Origin: Guillardia theta CCMP2712
Taxonomy: Eukaryota; Protista; Cryptophyta
NCBI RefSeq assembly: GCF_000315625.1
Contig: NW_005434655.1
Location: 552,528-616,527 of the forward strand
Length of the DNA stretch: 64,000 bases
Direction: 5' to 3'
Below the pieces are notes generated by a model. The model searched no databases. It was not told the origin of the DNA and saw only the letters and a program-made list of their open reading frames with translations. Numbering within the stretch: position 1 is the stretch's first letter; each line of letters starts with the position of its first letter. This document shows, piece after piece, positions 62,225 to 64,000 of this stretch. A program made the translations under genes and the position numbers.

Positions 62225-62410
62225 ATACCTTCTCGGCCTTTTGGCTAAGATCAAGTGTAGTATCTGTTCTTATCAGCTTAATCTCTGATACAGGGGCAAT
62301 GCCCCTTCGAGATTAACTCAATTTCTCTCGCGGGAGGCTTCACCCGGGCGCTTGCGTCCCGAAGCCTCACGTGTGTCCTCGGAGCTGCACTACTTCCTTG
62401 GACGCACACC
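62225..62410 (+). ncRNA. U2: U2 spliceosomal snRNA, copy 2
   Basis: Same sequence as copy 1, with branch-point recognition GTAGTA. Confidence 0.97.
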
Positions 62411-62413
62411 GTC

Positions 62414-62760
62414 TGCTCTCTCAAACAAACTCAAGACGACAACCTCTACCGCCATGAGTGATACCAGCGTCATCCTCACACTAATACTACTACTGCCACG
62501 TCTTTGCTCTCTCAAACAAACTCAAGACAACACCCCTACTACCCTGAGTGCTACCACCTTCATCCTCACACTAATACTACTACTGCCACCCCCCTGCTCT
62601 CTCAAACAAACTCGAGACAAAAACCGTGACCACTTGAGTGCTTCATCTGCTCTCTCGAAAAAGTCACAAGACAACACCAGTCACGGTACCACCATGCTCT
62701 CCACACTGATCATTGCGACTCTGACACGGTGGTCACCCCCTGCTCTCTCACTCACACTAA
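62414..62760 (+). repeat. ~90-bp tandem repeats downstream of U2 (units at 62414, 62505, 62595; degenerate at 62648, 62741)
   Basis: Each unit begins TGCTCTCTCAAACAAACTC(A/G)AGAC. Confidence 0.9.
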
Positions 62761-63113
62761 GCGGCCAACTTACTACGGTACAAGACTGCCATATGACAGT
62801 GAGTGCTCAGGGTGTTGGTGCGAAAACGAACCGGCCGGTCAGCTGCTGATAGCAGCGATGTTTGTTTGTGTGTTTCTTTGTGGGAGTCTTCGGCCGCCAG
62901 TACCTTGCCGTACCGTACGGTTGTGATGCTGTCAGGAGAGGAAGAGACGGTGTGTGCTTACAGCCCTAGAAGGTGTCTGGTCGCCTGTGATTCATGTCAT
63001 ACTTGTGTTTATTGTCTTGATTGCATCTTCACTTCACTTTCGCCTTGTTCCTCCTCATTTCCTGTCCTCCTCTCTCTCTCTTCCTCCTTCTCATGGTCCC
63101 TTCCATACCATCT

Positions 63114-64000
63114 TCAGGTCATCAGGAACTTCATCCTCCTCTCCGACACTCTCGCCTCCCCATGGCTGTGACGGGGCTCAGGCGGGGGTGGCAGGGGGGG
63201 GCTCTCAGCAGAGACGCTGTCGGTAGAGGAGCTCATCCGGTCCACAGCAGGAGACGACTGCGAGCTCTGACGTCCTTGCTTGCTGTGCTCCTGCCTCTCC
63301 CTCTGCTCCTGCCTCTCCCTCTGCTCCTGCCTCTCCCTCTGCTCCTGCCTCTCCCTCTGCTCCTGTAGATCCTTGGAGTCCCGTCTGTAAACCTGCTGCT
63401 TTCCTCCCTGTCCTCTTCCTTCCTCGTCCTGGTCATGCTCGTGCAGCAGGCGCTCTGCAGAAGAAGTCAGCGAGCGATCGGAGGAGGGAAAGGAAGCTTG
63501 CCTGTGATCTTGGATACGCGGGAGGAGGGGCGGGAGGGGTGGGAGGACGGGGAGGCAGAGGCCCTGGAGCTCTTGGAGGTGATAGAGGAAGCGAGGGAGG
63601 CAGCGGACTGGCAGGAGATGCTTGGGCTTTCGGTCCACTCCTTTCCTGCTCACAGGAAGAAGACTTGAGACAACGAGAGAGCAGCAGCGCAGAGAGACAG
63701 GGGAGGGGGAAGGGGAGAAGAAGGGGGGGAGGAGGAAGAGAGAAAAGGAAAGGGCCAAGTAGAGGGAGAAAGGAGGTAGGAAGAGGAAGAAGAAAGTGAG
63801 GGAGGGGAGGGGAAGGGATAAGAGGGGGGGGGGGGGAAAGGAAGGGGAAAGGAAAAGGAAGGGGGAAAGGAAGGAGGAGGGGGAGCCGTACAAGAGGAAA
63901 TCGGGTCTGACCTGGTGAACTCTAGCCCAAACGCCGATAGCTTCCGATTGGCTAATGGGAGAGAAACCCAACGTCAGAATTTTTCTAACCAGGGTTCTTT
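63114..64000 (-). CDS. 3' part of a hypothetical Pro-rich / low-complexity protein continuing beyond the window
   Basis: Exon-like blocks separated by CT-rich introns, and an 18-bp coding repeat x4 at 63288-63365. The frame of the last exon (SRGRGR vs QEQRER) is unresolved. Confidence 0.4.
   Translation of the reverse strand, partial: RTLVRKILTLGFSPISQSEAIGVWARVHQVRPDFLLYGSPSSFLSPFLFLSPSFPPPPLLSLPLPSLTFFFLFLPPFSLYLALSFSLFLLPPFFSPSPSPVSLRCCSLVVSSLLPVSRKGVDRKPKHLLPVRCLPRFLYHLQELQGLCLPVLPPLPPLLPRIQDHRQASFPSSDRSLTSSAERLLHEHDQDEEGRGQGGKQQVYRRDSKDLQEQRERQEQRERQEQRERQEQRERQEHSKQGRQSSQSSPAVDRMSSSTDSVSAESPPLPPPPEPRHSHGEARVSERRMKFLMT

Larger units (their letters stand above)
56830..62760. repeat. inverted duplication with U2-bearing arms (~56830-58150 and ~61490-62760)
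   Basis: 57040-57680 is near-identical to the reverse complement of 61810-62440. 57788-57958 matches 61490-61660 and 57958-58150 matches 61660-61850. Confidence 0.93.

Noticed and set aside
57068-62410. U2-targeting retroelement (Utopia/Keno type) insertion
   Set aside because: Both U2 genes are full length and inverted, and there is no RT or endonuclease ORF between them.
62414-62760. CRISPR-like array (repeat + variable spacer look)
   Set aside because: The intervening segments are themselves homologous (whole ~90-bp tandem units), the context is eukaryotic and there are no cas genes.

Overview
Gene-dense eukaryotic nuclear DNA with short GT-AG introns, CT/GA-microsatellite introns and a 100-N scaffold gap. 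The style suggests a cryptophyte alga such as Guillardia theta (inference, not checked). About 22 intron-containing protein genes are supportable: a DNAJC7-type TPR/J-domain co-chaperone, importin-7/8, a single-domain voltage-gated channel with PH and EF-hand domains, two RWP-RK paralogs, an SK-like channel lacking the GYG filter, MORN, PHD+CXC, WDR18/Ipi3, FAM151/menorin, PDZ, RING-H2, LRR+CCHCR1-like, a DHHC palmitoyltransferase, a class-3 lipase and several hypotheticals. RNA genes are tRNA-Asn(GTT) and two U2 snRNA genes. There are two recent large inverted duplications: an RWP-RK palindrome, and U2-bearing arms that enclose a lipase and a copied DHHC fragment. The most striking unexplained feature is a recurring, non-homologous intergenic motif grammar: a CCGG/GGCC/GTCAC/TGAGTCA island, an AACTT-rich linker and a strand-skewed GGGGTA/TACCCC tract. 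It occurs about 15 times at tandem and divergent gene junctions and was not seen at convergent ones. Gene boundaries were read by eye and are approximate where introns are many.
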